Virus record (IMG/VR): IMGVR_UViG_3300045988_055014 | Span: 1-64,000 of that record | DNA: 64,000 nt | Direction: 5' to 3' (one strand) | DNA from: a virus | Shown here: positions 27,469 through 38,670 of the stretch, one piece after another | Layout of the letters: each line of letters starts with the position of its first letter | Numbering within the stretch: position 1 is the first letter of the stretch | Notes under the pieces: model-generated | Database searches by the model: none | Told to the model about the DNA's origin: nothing | Seen by the model: only the letters and a program-made list of their open reading frames with translations | Position numbers and translations under genes: made by a program

Positions 27469-27829
27469 ATTAGTAAAGACTGTCAATAAAGGCAATCTTT
27501 ACTATGAATACCTTAATGCTTTAAATGGTATACTACAACTTACAAACAGGGAATTGGAGTTACTTACTAAATTTGTTGAATTAGATGTGAATTTTACTCC
27601 AATACCTGGTGTAAGTAAGAATGTAGCAAACACTGATAATCGTAGAATGATTAAAAGTACTATGGGTATTACTCCAGACAACTTAAGTAGATATATAAGT
27701 AAGTTCAAGAAAGAGGGTCTTTTAGTACAGGGAAAAGCAGAAGATGAATTAGTAGTTAATAAGATATTAATTCCAGAGATAATAAAAGATAGAGTACAAA
27801 TAACATTAATACTAAGAGTAAATGAGTAA
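27461..27829 (+). CDS. putative HTH DNA-binding protein
   Basis: 122 aa. The segment ITPDNLSRYISKFKKEGLL looks like the recognition helix of a winged HTH. Weak support. Confidence 0.45.
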   Translation: MNKLVKTVNKGNLYYEYLNALNGILQLTNRELELLTKFVELDVNFTPIPGVSKNVANTDNRRMIKSTMGITPDNLSRYISKFKKEGLLVQGKAEDELVVNKILIPEIIKDRVQITLILRVNE

Positions 27830-28178
27830 TAGAACAAATAATAAAACCTTCTATATGCTTTTTGACAACGGAGAAATAATGCGTGTAGAAAATAGAAGCA
27901 ATAAATTAGTACGATACTTTCGTCATATTTTTAACTTACGTTCTAATTTAAAATTGACTACTTTTGTTCCAAAGAAACCTTATTCTAATAAAGAAACTAA
28001 AAGGTTATCTGATATATTATACAGAAACTCTAACTTAGATGAAGCCGATATCATAGTAATAATAAATTCTATTAGACCTAACACTATTAGAGAATCTTTA
28101 ACAGAATTAGAAACTAGTGAATATTATATAAATGCAACAGCAAAAAAAGATATCAATTTACTCAAGTCTCGCAAATAA
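27822..28178 (+). CDS. hypothetical protein
   Basis: 118-aa ORF. Confidence 0.5.
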   Translation: MSNRTNNKTFYMLFDNGEIMRVENRSNKLVRYFRHIFNLRSNLKLTTFVPKKPYSNKETKRLSDILYRNSNLDEADIIVIINSIRPNTIRESLTELETSEYYINATAKKDINLLKSRK

Positions 28179-28332
28179 ATATAATCTACCATATCCTGTT
28201 ATAGAAGTAATATGCAACAGTCCATTTAAGTTTGCTAAAGAAGTAATGTCAAATGATGAAGATACTAAAGATATTATGTTTGCTTACTTATTTAAACTTA
28301 AATTAAAAAAGAGATATAAAGAAACAAAATGA
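28132..28332 (+). CDS. hypothetical small protein
   Basis: 66-aa ORF overlapping the upstream gene by 47 nt. Confidence 0.4.
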   Translation: MQQQKKISIYSSLANKYNLPYPVIEVICNSPFKFAKEVMSNDEDTKDIMFAYLFKLKLKKRYKETK

Positions 28333-28466
28333 GACAGTTTATTGAAGAATGCTTAACACCCAATTATAAGATTCACTGGTTAGATTCTATTTACTTTGAT
28401 CCTGTATTACTTAACAATATACAGATGTATATAGCAATCAGTGACAGTAGACTATTAAGAATATGA
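28329..28466 (+). CDS. hypothetical small protein
   Basis: 45-aa ORF with ATGA overlaps at both ends. Below the track cutoff. Confidence 0.3.
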   Translation: MRQFIEECLTPNYKIHWLDSIYFDPVLLNNIQMYIAISDSRLLRI

Positions 28467-28897
28467 TACTAAGAAAGTTTGATAATATATATCCTAGAAC
28501 ATTTTGGATAGCTATAATAGAAAAGGAAGAAGATGTATACACAATATTAAAGAAATTCACTATATACAACTTATTACCAGGTTTCGATAAAATACGAAAA
28601 GAAGCTGAAGAAGAAATGTTAAAGGCGTATGACGGAGATGTTATTGCAGAATGTAGACCGGTTATGTTAAACAGTAGTTCTGAGATGGGTATTATTTGCA
28701 TAATATATAGACCTGATGAATTAGATGGTACGCATATAGCACACGAATCAGTTCACATAACTGATTATTACTTTGAAGTTACAGGTATGAATGGAGAAGA
28801 ATTCTCAGGTGGTGGTAACGAAGGGTATGCGTATTTAGTTGGCTGGGCTGCTGGATGTTTTATTAAAGTAATGAAAGAATATGGAAAGACAGAGTAA
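28463..28897 (+). CDS. putative zinc metallopeptidase-like protein
   Basis: 144 aa with HESVH (HExxH) followed by GNEGYAY. Confidence 0.45.
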   Translation: MILRKFDNIYPRTFWIAIIEKEEDVYTILKKFTIYNLLPGFDKIRKEAEEEMLKAYDGDVIAECRPVMLNSSSEMGIICIIYRPDELDGTHIAHESVHITDYYFEVTGMNGEEFSGGGNEGYAYLVGWAAGCFIKVMKEYGKTE

Positions 28898-29165
28898 AGA
28901 AGATTCATTAGCTCTATGGGAATTTGAGAAAAACAACGTTAAACAATTTGGATCTAATATCAGTGAAGAGCTAAAAGAGTTAATGGAAGTTGCAGATAAG
29001 AAGATCAATAACTATTCCTTAACATACAATGAATTCGTGGATGATATTCTAGAAGGTTTAGCTAAGTTGAAAGATACAGACAGCATTGAAACTAGACAGC
29101 TACAGATAAAAGGATTGTACAATTGTTTAACTAATAAGTATATTGAAGATGGAGAACGATGGTAA
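28881..29165 (+). CDS. hypothetical protein
   Basis: 94-aa ORF. Confidence 0.5.
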   Translation: MERQSKEDSLALWEFEKNNVKQFGSNISEELKELMEVADKKINNYSLTYNEFVDDILEGLAKLKDTDSIETRQLQIKGLYNCLTNKYIEDGERW

Positions 29166-29478
29166 GAAATATGATTGTGGTAAAGTAAGAATGGATTTAG
29201 TTCCATTAGATGTAGTTGAGAATATTGGTAAGGTACTTACTTATGGAGCTCAGAAATACTCAGATAACAGTTGGCAAAACCTTCCGGATTTTTGGAAAAG
29301 ATATAAAGCAGCATTACTAAGACATCTTACTGCTATAGATAAAGGAGAATTGATAGATCCTGAAAGTGGGCTACCTCATATAGATCACGTACTTTGCAAT
29401 ACAGTATTCTTAGATTGGGGATTTCATCACGGTAAAGCAATTAGTATTAATACAAAAGATATTGAACAAGATAAATAA
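29143..29478 (+). CDS. dATP/dGTP diphosphohydrolase N-terminal-domain-like protein
   Basis: KYDCGKVRMDLVP...VLTYGAQKYSDNSW pattern, as recalled for the phage dNTP pyrophosphohydrolase N-terminal domain. Adjacent to the dUTPase. Confidence 0.5.
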   Translation: MKMENDGKKYDCGKVRMDLVPLDVVENIGKVLTYGAQKYSDNSWQNLPDFWKRYKAALLRHLTAIDKGELIDPESGLPHIDHVLCNTVFLDWGFHHGKAISINTKDIEQDK

Positions 29479-29480
29479 TT

Positions 29481-29996
29481 ATGGAACAATTGAAATTTAA
29501 AAAGTTAGATTATTCAGTAAAGAAAGAAGACGGTACAGAAGAGATTAAGAAGTCTGAAGGTAAGTTGCCTACTAGAGCTACAGCTAATAGTGCAGGGTTA
29601 GATCTATATGCTACACGCCTTACTCAAGAAATAGATAATAGTGGTAAATTAGTATTAGTATATCATACTGATATTGCTGTAGAAATTCCTGAAGGATACG
29701 TTGGTTTTATTTGCATGAAATCATCTGTCTCTAAGAGATCAATTATTATGTGTAATGGTATTGGAGTAATTGATTCAGATTACCGAGGAGAATTAATGGC
29801 TAAGTTCAAGATAACTACAGATGCTATTCCTACAGTATATACTACAGATGAACCATTTGCTCAATTAGTTATAATTCCTTGTTCTATATTAGAACCTACT
29901 TTAGTAGAAGAGTTAAGTGAAACAGAAAGAGGAGAAAAGGGATTTGGAGAAGTTACAACAGAACAATTAAATAAAGGAACAAAAGAAAATAAATAA
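29481..29996 (+). CDS. dut: dUTP diphosphatase
   Basis: Trimeric dUTPase motifs SAGLDLY, GVIDSDYRGEL and a C-terminal RGEKGFG. Confidence 0.8.
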   Translation: MEQLKFKKLDYSVKKEDGTEEIKKSEGKLPTRATANSAGLDLYATRLTQEIDNSGKLVLVYHTDIAVEIPEGYVGFICMKSSVSKRSIIMCNGIGVIDSDYRGELMAKFKITTDAIPTVYTTDEPFAQLVIIPCSILEPTLVEELSETERGEKGFGEVTTEQLNKGTKENK

Positions 29997-29998
29997 TT

Positions 29999-30322
29999 AT
30001 GGAACAGTTTAATATTACAATTACACCTGTAAGTGCATCAGGAGTTGGAAATTTCATTGAAGTTCGTATTGATGGAATGTTGTATAGAACGGAGATTGTA
30101 CAAGGTGAATTTACTGAAGATGTAATGAAACAATCTATGGAAAAATTAATGCCTACCATTCCTGCTGAACAACAAGAATCTGTAGAATTGAAATTCTATC
30201 AATTGTTAGATGCTATTGCAAATACTAAAGCTGAAGAGGAATATAGAGCAGCTCATCCAGAAGAGTTTATGCCAGAGAATTTTGAACCTAGTGTTGAAGA
30301 AGTAACTGATGAAACTATTTGA
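29999..30322 (+). CDS. hypothetical acidic protein
   Basis: 107-aa ORF ending in TGA. Confidence 0.5.
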   Translation: MEQFNITITPVSASGVGNFIEVRIDGMLYRTEIVQGEFTEDVMKQSMEKLMPTIPAEQQESVELKFYQLLDAIANTKAEEEYRAAHPEEFMPENFEPSVEEVTDETI

Positions 30323-30836
30323 TATAAACAGTGGTAAAGTAGTAATACATCCAGATGCTTTAGGTCTCCCATTCTTTAAAAAACTATGGGAGGCTGATAA
30401 GCCTGATAAACAACAAGCCACAAATGTAATAAGCTACATAGTATTAATGTGGTACTTTAAATCTCCATATGTACTTCAATTAGAACCAGATATTAGGGAG
30501 AAAAAGCTCAAATAGTTATACTTTAACGATGAAAATTATAAGCTTACTGTAGAGGAAAAAGCTTGTGAAGATGATTACAAAAAGCTGATATATACTAGGA
30601 ATCTTAGAATGTTAGATAGTATGAGAAATAAAGTAGATACTATTAGTAAATACTACGAAGATTCTCTAGAAGAACAGTTAGATGAAAAGAAAATTAAAGA
30701 TCTATTGGCTGGTATGGAAAAGGTAAAAGCTACTTTTCAGACATTAGATTTCCTCGAAAAAGCAGTTAAAGCTGAAGAAGTTAGTACTACTAAAGTACGT
30801 GGAGATGCTCAGATTAATCCTTATGAATTAGCTTAA
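30309..30836 (+). CDS. hypothetical protein (possible small terminase); first gene needing TAG readthrough
   Basis: Track ORFs 30309..30515 and 30609..30836 are in the same frame, joined through a single TAG (30513-30515). 175 aa, located upstream of TerL. The TerS role is a guess from position. Confidence 0.5.
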
Positions 30837-30887
30837 TTTGTGCAAATTATACACAAGTTTATAACAATAAATTAATGAGTACGTTAT

Positions 30888-31127
30888 ATGAATATAAATA
30901 AAGAAACTATGAAGAAAGTACTTGATTTAACAAAATGCAATAGCACTGAAGAAATTTGTGATGTGCTTGAAAAAGAAATTGATAACAAACGAAAAGCAGA
31001 TGCTTATCTTAAAGAAGCCGGTGAATCTTTGGTTGAAGAATATAAGAAAGAAGCAGTAGCTGAACCTAAGAAGAAAGGTATTATCAAGCGTACTATTCAT
31101 TGGCTAAAGAGTTTGTTTAAGAAATAA
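30888..31127 (+). CDS. hypothetical small protein
   Basis: 79-aa Lys/Glu-rich ORF. Confidence 0.5.
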   Translation: MNINKETMKKVLDLTKCNSTEEICDVLEKEIDNKRKADAYLKEAGESLVEEYKKEAVAEPKKKGIIKRTIHWLKSLFKK

Positions 31128-31184
31128 TCTCGTTGAACTGATAGAGAGGTCTGACAGGGACAGACATTAAATATTCCCTGGCAC

Positions 31185-31257
31185 TGGAGCGTAACGTAAT
31201 GGTAGCGTCGCCGGCTCTAACCCGGTATGTGTGTGGGTTCGAATCCTACCGTTCCAA
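31185..31257 (+). tRNA. suppressor tRNA, anticodon CUA (reads UAG); Gln-like
   Basis: TGGAGCG-TA-ACGT-AATGGTA-GCGT-C-GCCGG-CTCTAAC-CCGGT-ATGTGT-GTGGG-TTCGAAT-CCTAC-CGTTCCA-A. All stems pair. The anticodon loop has U33, CUA at 31217-31219 and A37. U1:A72, G2:C71 and G3:C70 match bacterial tRNA-Gln. Confidence 0.85.
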
Positions 31258-31273
31258 CTAATTAAAATTAATA

Positions 31274-32203
31274 ATGACGTATAGAGATATAGATCCAAAA
31301 CTAGCTGGAATTTACTTATTTAAAAACAATATAAATGGTAAATGTTATATTGGTCAAGGAGTATCTATAAGAAAAAGACTCAAACATCATCTTAGCAATA
31401 TTAGAAATAAACGATACGATTTACCATTATATAGAGCTATAGAAAAATACGGATTACATAACTTTACTATAGATATAGTAGAATCTTTTATACCCGACGA
31501 ATCAATTACTACAGAACAGTTAATAAATAAATTAGACGATTTAGAAATAAAATACATAGAGCAATATGAAGGGTATACTAAAGGATATAATTGTACTAAA
31601 GGTGGAGACTTTGGTGTTCTTGGTTTGAAGATGACAGAAGAACAAAGAAAGAAAGTTTCTGAAAATACTAAGAAATTAATACGAGATGGAATTATAGGAA
31701 AACGAGTATATATGTACAATTTTATAGATAAGTATTATATATATGCGCATACTATAAAAGCCGCATCTACAATAACTGGTCTAAGCGGATCAAATATAAG
31801 TAAATTATGTAATAATAAATATATACATCCTTTCTGTAACAATTTTATTGCTGACTTTTCTAAAGAAGAATTAGAGAAGAAAAAAGACAAAATATACAGT
31901 TTGTGGAAAGAATATGAAACTAATAGACATTGCAATTCTGACTGGTATAAAGGTATGCCTGGTTTAAATAAAGGAAAAAAGATGTCAGAAATACAAAAAG
32001 AGAAGTTAAGAAATTCTTCTACAAAATATTTTGTTTATCAATATAGCAAAAATGGAGAATTATTAAATACATTTAAAGGTATGCATAATGCTGCAAAAGC
32101 AGTAAATACGGATTATAATTCTATTAAAAGAGCTTGTAATGGTAAAGCTAAAACATGTAAAGGATTTACTTGGAAGAAAGAATTGATACAATCTACTTGT
32201 TGA
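31274..32203 (+). CDS. GIY-YIG homing endonuclease (free-standing)
   Basis: GIYLFKNNINGKCYIGQGVSIRKRLKHH. C-terminal repeated DNA-binding modules. No in-frame TAG. Sits between the suppressor tRNA and TerL. Confidence 0.8.
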   Translation: MTYRDIDPKLAGIYLFKNNINGKCYIGQGVSIRKRLKHHLSNIRNKRYDLPLYRAIEKYGLHNFTIDIVESFIPDESITTEQLINKLDDLEIKYIEQYEGYTKGYNCTKGGDFGVLGLKMTEEQRKKVSENTKKLIRDGIIGKRVYMYNFIDKYYIYAHTIKAASTITGLSGSNISKLCNNKYIHPFCNNFIADFSKEELEKKKDKIYSLWKEYETNRHCNSDWYKGMPGLNKGKKMSEIQKEKLRNSSTKYFVYQYSKNGELLNTFKGMHNAAKAVNTDYNSIKRACNGKAKTCKGFTWKKELIQSTC

Positions 32204-32226
32204 CATGTTAAACATATTAAGAAACT

Positions 32227-34287
32227 ATGATTGACTTCTAGAAGAAAATTAAAAATTCTGATAAATTTAGAGAACCAGCTCTGTAGTTTTTAACTACAGG
32301 GCGTTATTGTTTATATCCAGCTGGTTCGTCAGAATACTTTCAATACTGGGACGAACAGAAAGATCGTTGCATTAATGGTTATACCGCAGAGGATGGAGAT
32401 TACATCACTGGGTATAACTATTTTTATATTAACTTTTGTCCAATGCAACGTATAGTTAATATTGTTACTAAACTGCCTAATGGAGAAACTAAAGTAAAAA
32501 GAGACAGTGTAGTAACATTTCCAGACTTTTACGATTATGACTATTTTTACTTCTAGGCAGTATAGGAAGCAGAAGATAAAGGTAAACACATATGTTTACT
32601 TAAATCTCGTCGTAAAGGCTATAGCTATAAAGGTGGTGCAATGGCGTGTCGCAATTACTATTTGATACCTAATAGTAAAACATACATATATGCATCTAAT
32701 AAACAGTATCTTACGGAAGATGGTATCCTTACTAAAGCTTGGGACTATATGGACTTTATAGATAAGAATACAGCTTGGGGTAAGAAACGATCTGTTAACA
32801 GTACTATGCGTAAACGAGCTGGATTCTGGACTAAAGATGAATTTGGCAATGAAGTAGAAATGGGTTATAAGTCAGAGATTATTGGTGTTACTTTGAAAGA
32901 TAATCCTGATGTAGTACGTGGTAAACGTGCTAAATTAATTCTATTTGAAGAAGGAGGTTCATTCTCAGAATTAGGTGCTGCGTGGCAAATTGCTAGACCA
33001 TCTGTAGAACAAGACGGTGTAGCGTTTGGTACTATGATTGTATGGGGAACTGGTGGTGACAAAGGCTCTGCATTTGAAACTATGAAAGATATGTTCTATA
33101 ATCCAGGTGGATACAATTGTTTAGGATTTGAGAACATATGGGATAGTACACCTACAGATAAATTGTGTGGATTCTTTGTTCCATAGTATACTAATCTAGA
33201 TACTAGAGATGATGATGGTAATAGAATATACATGGATGATGATGGTAATACTATTACTAAACCTTCTCTTGAATTTATATTAGATGAACGTAGAAAGGTA
33301 ATAAGTACAGCTACTAATACTACTGCTATAGACCGTTATGTTGCAGAGCGTCCTATTACTCCATAGGAAGCAATGTTAGAATTTAATGGTAATATATTTC
33401 CTAAAAAAGAATTACAAGAACAATTAGGACTTATTCGTACTAATACTTAGTTATAGAATCATAAACAAGTAGGTGATTTAATATTTGATGAAGCTGGTAA
33501 TATTAAATGGATACCTAAGAAACATGGCGATGTTACTAAATATCCATTAGGTAAAGATGATGATCCTACTGGTTCAATAGTTATATGGGAACATCCTGCT
33601 AAAGACGCTACTATTGGATTATATATAATAGGTGTAGACCCTTACGATCATGATCAATCTGGTACTAATTCGTTAGGATCATCTATAGTATATAAAAGGT
33701 TTTAGAACTTTGAAGAGTACTATGATATTATAGTAGCAGAATACACCGGTAGACCTGCAACAGCTGAAGAATACTATGAAAACTTACGTAAGTTGGCATT
33801 ATACTATAATGCACGTATAATGTATGAAAATGAACGCAAAGGTCTATTCCCTTACTTTACTGCTAAGCATTGTGATTACTTATTAGCTGATCAACCTGAT
33901 ATTATTAATGATATAGTTAGTAATTCTAAAGTACAAAGAAGAAAAGGTTGTCACATGAATAAGTAGATAAAGCAATGGGGTGAAGGTATGATAAAAGAAT
34001 GGTTGAATGAAGAGTATGCACCAGGTAAGAAAAACCTAACTAGGATACTATCAGAGCCGCTATTAGAAGAGCTAATAAGCTATAACGATACAGGTAACTT
34101 TGACCGAGTGATGGCGTTGATGTAGGTTATGATATATAGAGAACAACTATATAATGTAGTTGTTAAAAAGAAAGAAAAAGAAAATAAATAGAAGATGCTC
34201 TTTGATGGACCAATTTTTGCGCAGAGTTGGTTCAATGACGATACTCCAAGAGTATTTTCAAACGACGATAATGTATATACATTTTAA
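32227..34287 (+). CDS. terL: terminase large subunit (TAG read as sense)
   Basis: ATG 32227. Frame 1 stays open to TAA 34285-34287 through 12 in-frame TAG (my count), with no TAA or TGA. Motifs LKSRRKGYSYKGG, KLILFEEGG (Walker B-like) and LYIIGVDPYDHD (nuclease Asp motif). Track ORF 32641..33186 is one fragment of it. Confidence 0.85.
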
Positions 34288-34289
34288 TT

Positions 34290-36815
34290 ATGAAGAATAC
34301 TAAAAGTTTCCCTGCACAGAAACTACCAATGTCAAAGAAGACACAAGCCTGGAAAGAAGCCTGCGTAGACTATGTAGTAGGCGCTGGAGATTCAGGATTT
34401 GGTGGTAATGGTAGATCTAGATCTGACGAGATGTAGACTTACTATGATTTATATAATAGCATATATAATGAAAAGGATCTTAAATATGTAACTAATCCAT
34501 TTAAACAAGATGATGGATTTCCTGCTATGGCATAGGATTATAATATCATCAAACCATATGTAGATCAGTTACTTGGTGAAGAAACTAAGAGACCTTTTAA
34601 TTTTCATCCACAACGTACAAGTGATATAGCTGCTAGTGAACTACAGGAAAAAGCCAAAGAAATGCTAATGGATTATATTCAGGCTACTATAGCTAGTAAG
34701 TTAAGTCCAGAACAAGCAGCTAGATATGAACAAGCATTAGCTACAGGAGAAATCTAGACTCCAGAAGCTATAGCTAAGTATCTATAGAAAGATTATAAAG
34801 ATATAGCAGAAACTGAAGCTTATCACGCATTACAATTTCTAAAGAGAAAATTGAATCTTACTCATGAGTTTTATAAAGGTTGGAAAGATGCTTTAATAGG
34901 TGGAGAAGAAATATACTATGTAGGTGTAATCAATGGAGATCCTTATGTAGAAAGAGTAAACCCTATGTACTTTGATTATGAGCATTCTTTAGACTTAGAA
35001 TTCATAGATGATGCCGCATGGTGTCGTAGAAAGATGATTATGTCTGCTACTGAGATATACGATAGATTCTATGATAAAATGTCTGAAAGACAACTAAATG
35101 AATTATTAGAACTTATTGATCAAAAACCAGGAGCAGGCAATAATCCAGAAATAAGGAAGACAAGTATGGATTATGAATCTATTAAGTTACATAAGATTAA
35201 CAGTTTCACAGATAATCCATTTGATATAGATCATATAACAGTATATCATTGCTGTTGGAAATCTTTTAAGAAAATAGGTTTTGTTACTTTACTAAACCCA
35301 GAAACTGGAGAATACGAAGAATTTCAAGTAGATGAAGATTATAAAGTAACAGGTACAGAATATTCTGTAGAATGGGACTGGATCATTGAGGTATGGGAAG
35401 GATATAGAATAGGTGATGATATGTACATAGGTATTCAACCTATTGAATATCAACATATATCTGCTGATAATCCTAATTCATAGAAATTACCTTATACTGG
35501 TGTAGTATATAATAATACTAATAGTAAACCAAGATCATTAGTAAGCATGATGAAGCCATTACAATATATGTATATCGTAGTATGGTATAGATTGGAATTA
35601 GCTTTATCTAGAGATAAAGGTAAAGTAGCCGTAATGGACATCACTTAGATACCTAAATCAATGAATATTGATGTGAATAAATGGATGCATTACTTAAGTG
35701 CACTTGGTGTAGCATTTATTAATCCTTATGATGAGGGTTGGGATATACCTGGGCGTGAGGGTGGTAAACCATCACAGTTTAACTAGTTGTCCTCTTGGGA
35801 TTTAACTATGAGCAATGTTATAGCTGAATATATTCAATTAATGCAGAAGATTGAAGATATGGTAGCTAAACTTACTGGTATTACTCCACAAAGACAGGGA
35901 CAAGTTGCTGCTAGTGAATTAGTAGGTAATACTAATGTTGCAGTTAATATGTCTTATCACATTACAGAACCTTGGTTTTGGAATCACAATTAGGTAAAAA
36001 GGAGAGTTCTAACAATGCTGTTAAACACTTCTAAAGCTGCTTGGAAAGACAGTAAAAGATATCTAAGTTATGTGTTAGATGATGCTACTAGAGCGTTCAT
36101 ACAATTATCTGATAACTTCTTTTATGAAGATATGGATATATTTGTAGATGATAGTACTAAGAATCAACAATATATAGATCAGTTAAAACAATTGTTACAG
36201 CCAGCTATGCAAAATGGAGCAAGTCTATTAGATGTTGCAGAAATTATCACTTTAGATAATGTAAGTATGATTAAGAATAGACTTGAAGAAATAGAGCAGA
36301 AAAGGATAGAACAAATGCAATAGCAACAACAAGCTGAACAACAAGCACAGCAGTAGATAGCTGAACAACAGAATTAGCTTAAAGAAGAAGAGCTTATGCT
36401 TAAGGAAGCTGAACTGGATCTTGAAAAATATAAAGTAGATCAAGACAAATATAAAACAGATCAAGACAACGCTACTAAAATTACTGTAGCACAAATTAAT
36501 GCTTATCGTGGTGCTGAGAATATGGATCAAGATATGAATGGCATTCCTGATCCAATTGAAATAGGAAAACAAGCATTAGAATAGTAGAAGATAAATTCTG
36601 ATATTGCTACTAAACAATTAGAACTTAACAATAAGCGTAGAGAAATAGAGCAGAAGAGAGAAGCTGAAAATAAGAAGATACAGCTTGAAAAAGATAGAAT
36701 GAAGCATGAAACTGAATTACAACGTATGTCTGATAAAGCTGCTATGGATAGAGAGAAGCTAAAGGCAAAGACAGCTTTGAGAAATAAAGTAGTAGGCGAA
36801 TCTAAATCTAAATAA
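34290..36815 (+). CDS. portal protein (TAG read as sense)
   Basis: ATG 34290. Frame 3 stays open to TAA 36813-36815 through 13 in-frame TAG (my count). It joins track ORFs 34851, 35787, 36015 and 36396. Lies immediately after TerL, about 841 aa, with a Gln/Glu-rich coiled C-terminus. Confidence 0.7.
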
Positions 36816-36817
36816 CT

Positions 36818-37267
36818 ATGAACTGGTTTAAAGAAACATGGTGGTTAGTAAAGCAATTATTTACTACTACTAAGAATAAAGATAAAGTATAGTATAAACA
36901 TATGGATCATTATCCTTTTAGTGGGTACTCTGCAATGAGTTGGTGTGGATATATTTTAACTAAAAAGAAAGAATCTGTTATTAAAACTACTACTTGGAAT
37001 CACGAAAATATACATTTACAGTAGGCTAAGAATAAGGGTAGTTGGTTAAAGTATTACACTGATTATGTATGGGAGTGGATCAAAGGCAATCCTATTATTT
37101 ACCCAGCATCTTCTGCATACTATACAATACCTTATGAAATGGAAGCATACGCAAATGAAGATAAATCTGATTACGAAATTAATACGAATAAGTATAAAAT
37201 AAAAAATCGTAAAAAGACCTATAGAGAGAATAAGAAAAATTGGTTTAACTATATTAAAAATTTATAA
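36818..37267 (+). CDS. hypothetical protein with an HExxH motif
   Basis: 149 aa, 2 in-frame TAG. Contains WNHENIHLQQ (HENIH). Confidence 0.5.
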
Positions 37268-37269
37268 TT

Positions 37270-37332
37270 ATGGCATGCGGTGGAAAGAAAGGTGGCAAGA
37301 AGTCATCTAAAAGTGGAAAGAAAAGTAAATAA
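37270..37332 (+). CDS. tiny basic peptide (MACGGKKGGKKSSKSGKKSK)
   Basis: 20-codon ORF exactly filling the gap between two genes, with the same TAATTATGG start context. Speculative. Confidence 0.25.
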   Translation: MACGGKKGGKKSSKSGKKSK

Positions 37333-37334
37333 TT

Positions 37335-38507
37335 ATGGAACGTGAAGCATTTAGATAGAGAATGCAACAGTATAAGTAGGCTAGGGAGAATAATCCCTAG
37401 CTGAAGTACTGGGATTGGAAGAAGTATGCAGATGGTGGTATTGTAGATGAAGATCCACCACAGAATACTAGTGAAAGACCTATTACTAACTTTGATCCTA
37501 AAGGAGATCCATATAATCCTACATATGGATATAATCCAGGTGCAGGTTATGTTTCAAATTCAGATCCATTAGGTAGTTTATATGTAGAAGGAGCTTTACT
37601 TAATCCAGTATTTAAATTAGTTGGTAATACTGTGTCTAATATTGCAAGAGGATTGACTAAGTATTCTTCTAAATATGTTCCAGAAGTAAAAAGAACTGTT
37701 TAGGATAAAATAAACAGTTTATTCCGTAGAGAAGCAGAAGATAAAGCTCGTACATTTAAATTATACGATGATGCTATAGAATCTAGAAATAGGATAATTG
37801 AAGATTTATATATGAATCCTGCGTATATGGAAAGAGCTAATTCAATCAAAAATGCATATGGTGATAATTATGCAAAAGTATACGAAGATATAATTAATTA
37901 GTACAATACTAATTATTGGAATTTGCCAAATCCTGTTATAAAGCAATTAGATGCTAAAGCTAAAATGTAGGCTAAAGATGCAGCTATAAATAGATACATT
38001 ACTAAAAGAAAACCAGCAGGATACGACGACTTTGAATATCAAATAAATAGAAATCTTGCAGAAATAGATTATCCTACAACTAGACATGAATTAGGTCACT
38101 ATGTTGATTTTAATTTAGCTAAAAGTTCAAATCCCGATTACAGCAATACAATGTTTGCAGAACTAAAAAGAGACTTATCAAAACAGAAGAATCCATTATT
38201 TCCAGACAAAACTGATTATTATAGCAAAGGTACAGAATAGAAGTCTTATATGAATACTCTTAGAGAGTATATGTTTAAGACTGGGATGATTAATAATATA
38301 GGAGATAAGATAACTTCTAAGTAGATTAAGAAGGCTATAAGATCATTACCTAAGGATATGAAATCTATTGAAGCTGCTTATCTTCAATTTGCTACTCCTG
38401 GATAGTATACAAAATGGTTCAACAAGATACCTTTACTTGGTACTTATCCTATAGTAAATAAACAATTTTAGAATTATGAAGAAGATAAAGATAAAGCCAG
38501 AGAATAA
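37335..38507 (+). CDS. head-module protein with an HExxH motif (TAG read as sense)
   Basis: Frame 3 is open from ATG 37335 to TAA 38505-38507 through about 10 TAG. Contains TTRHELGHYVDF (HELGH). The last TAG is at 38469-38471, so the true end is ambiguous. Confidence 0.55.
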
Positions 38508-38649
38508 AGGTAAGTTCAATGCAACTAAAAAGAAAACAGGGAAAACAACTGAAGAATTAACTCATAGTAAGAATCCTGTAACAAAGAAAAGAGCGATCTT
38601 CGCATAGAACGCTGCTAAATGGAATAAAGGTAAAAAGAAGAAAAAATAA
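38476..38649 (+). CDS. small highly basic protein
   Basis: 57 aa, one TAG, Lys-rich. Overlaps the end of the previous CDS. Confidence 0.3.
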
Positions 38650-38670
38650 ATCTAATTAAAATATTTAATT

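Noticed and set aside
31274-32226. The GIY-YIG gene could be part of an intron interrupting TerL.
   Set aside because: TerL has its own ATG (32227) and a full-length product (686 aa). No upstream TerL exon is visible between 30837 and 31273.
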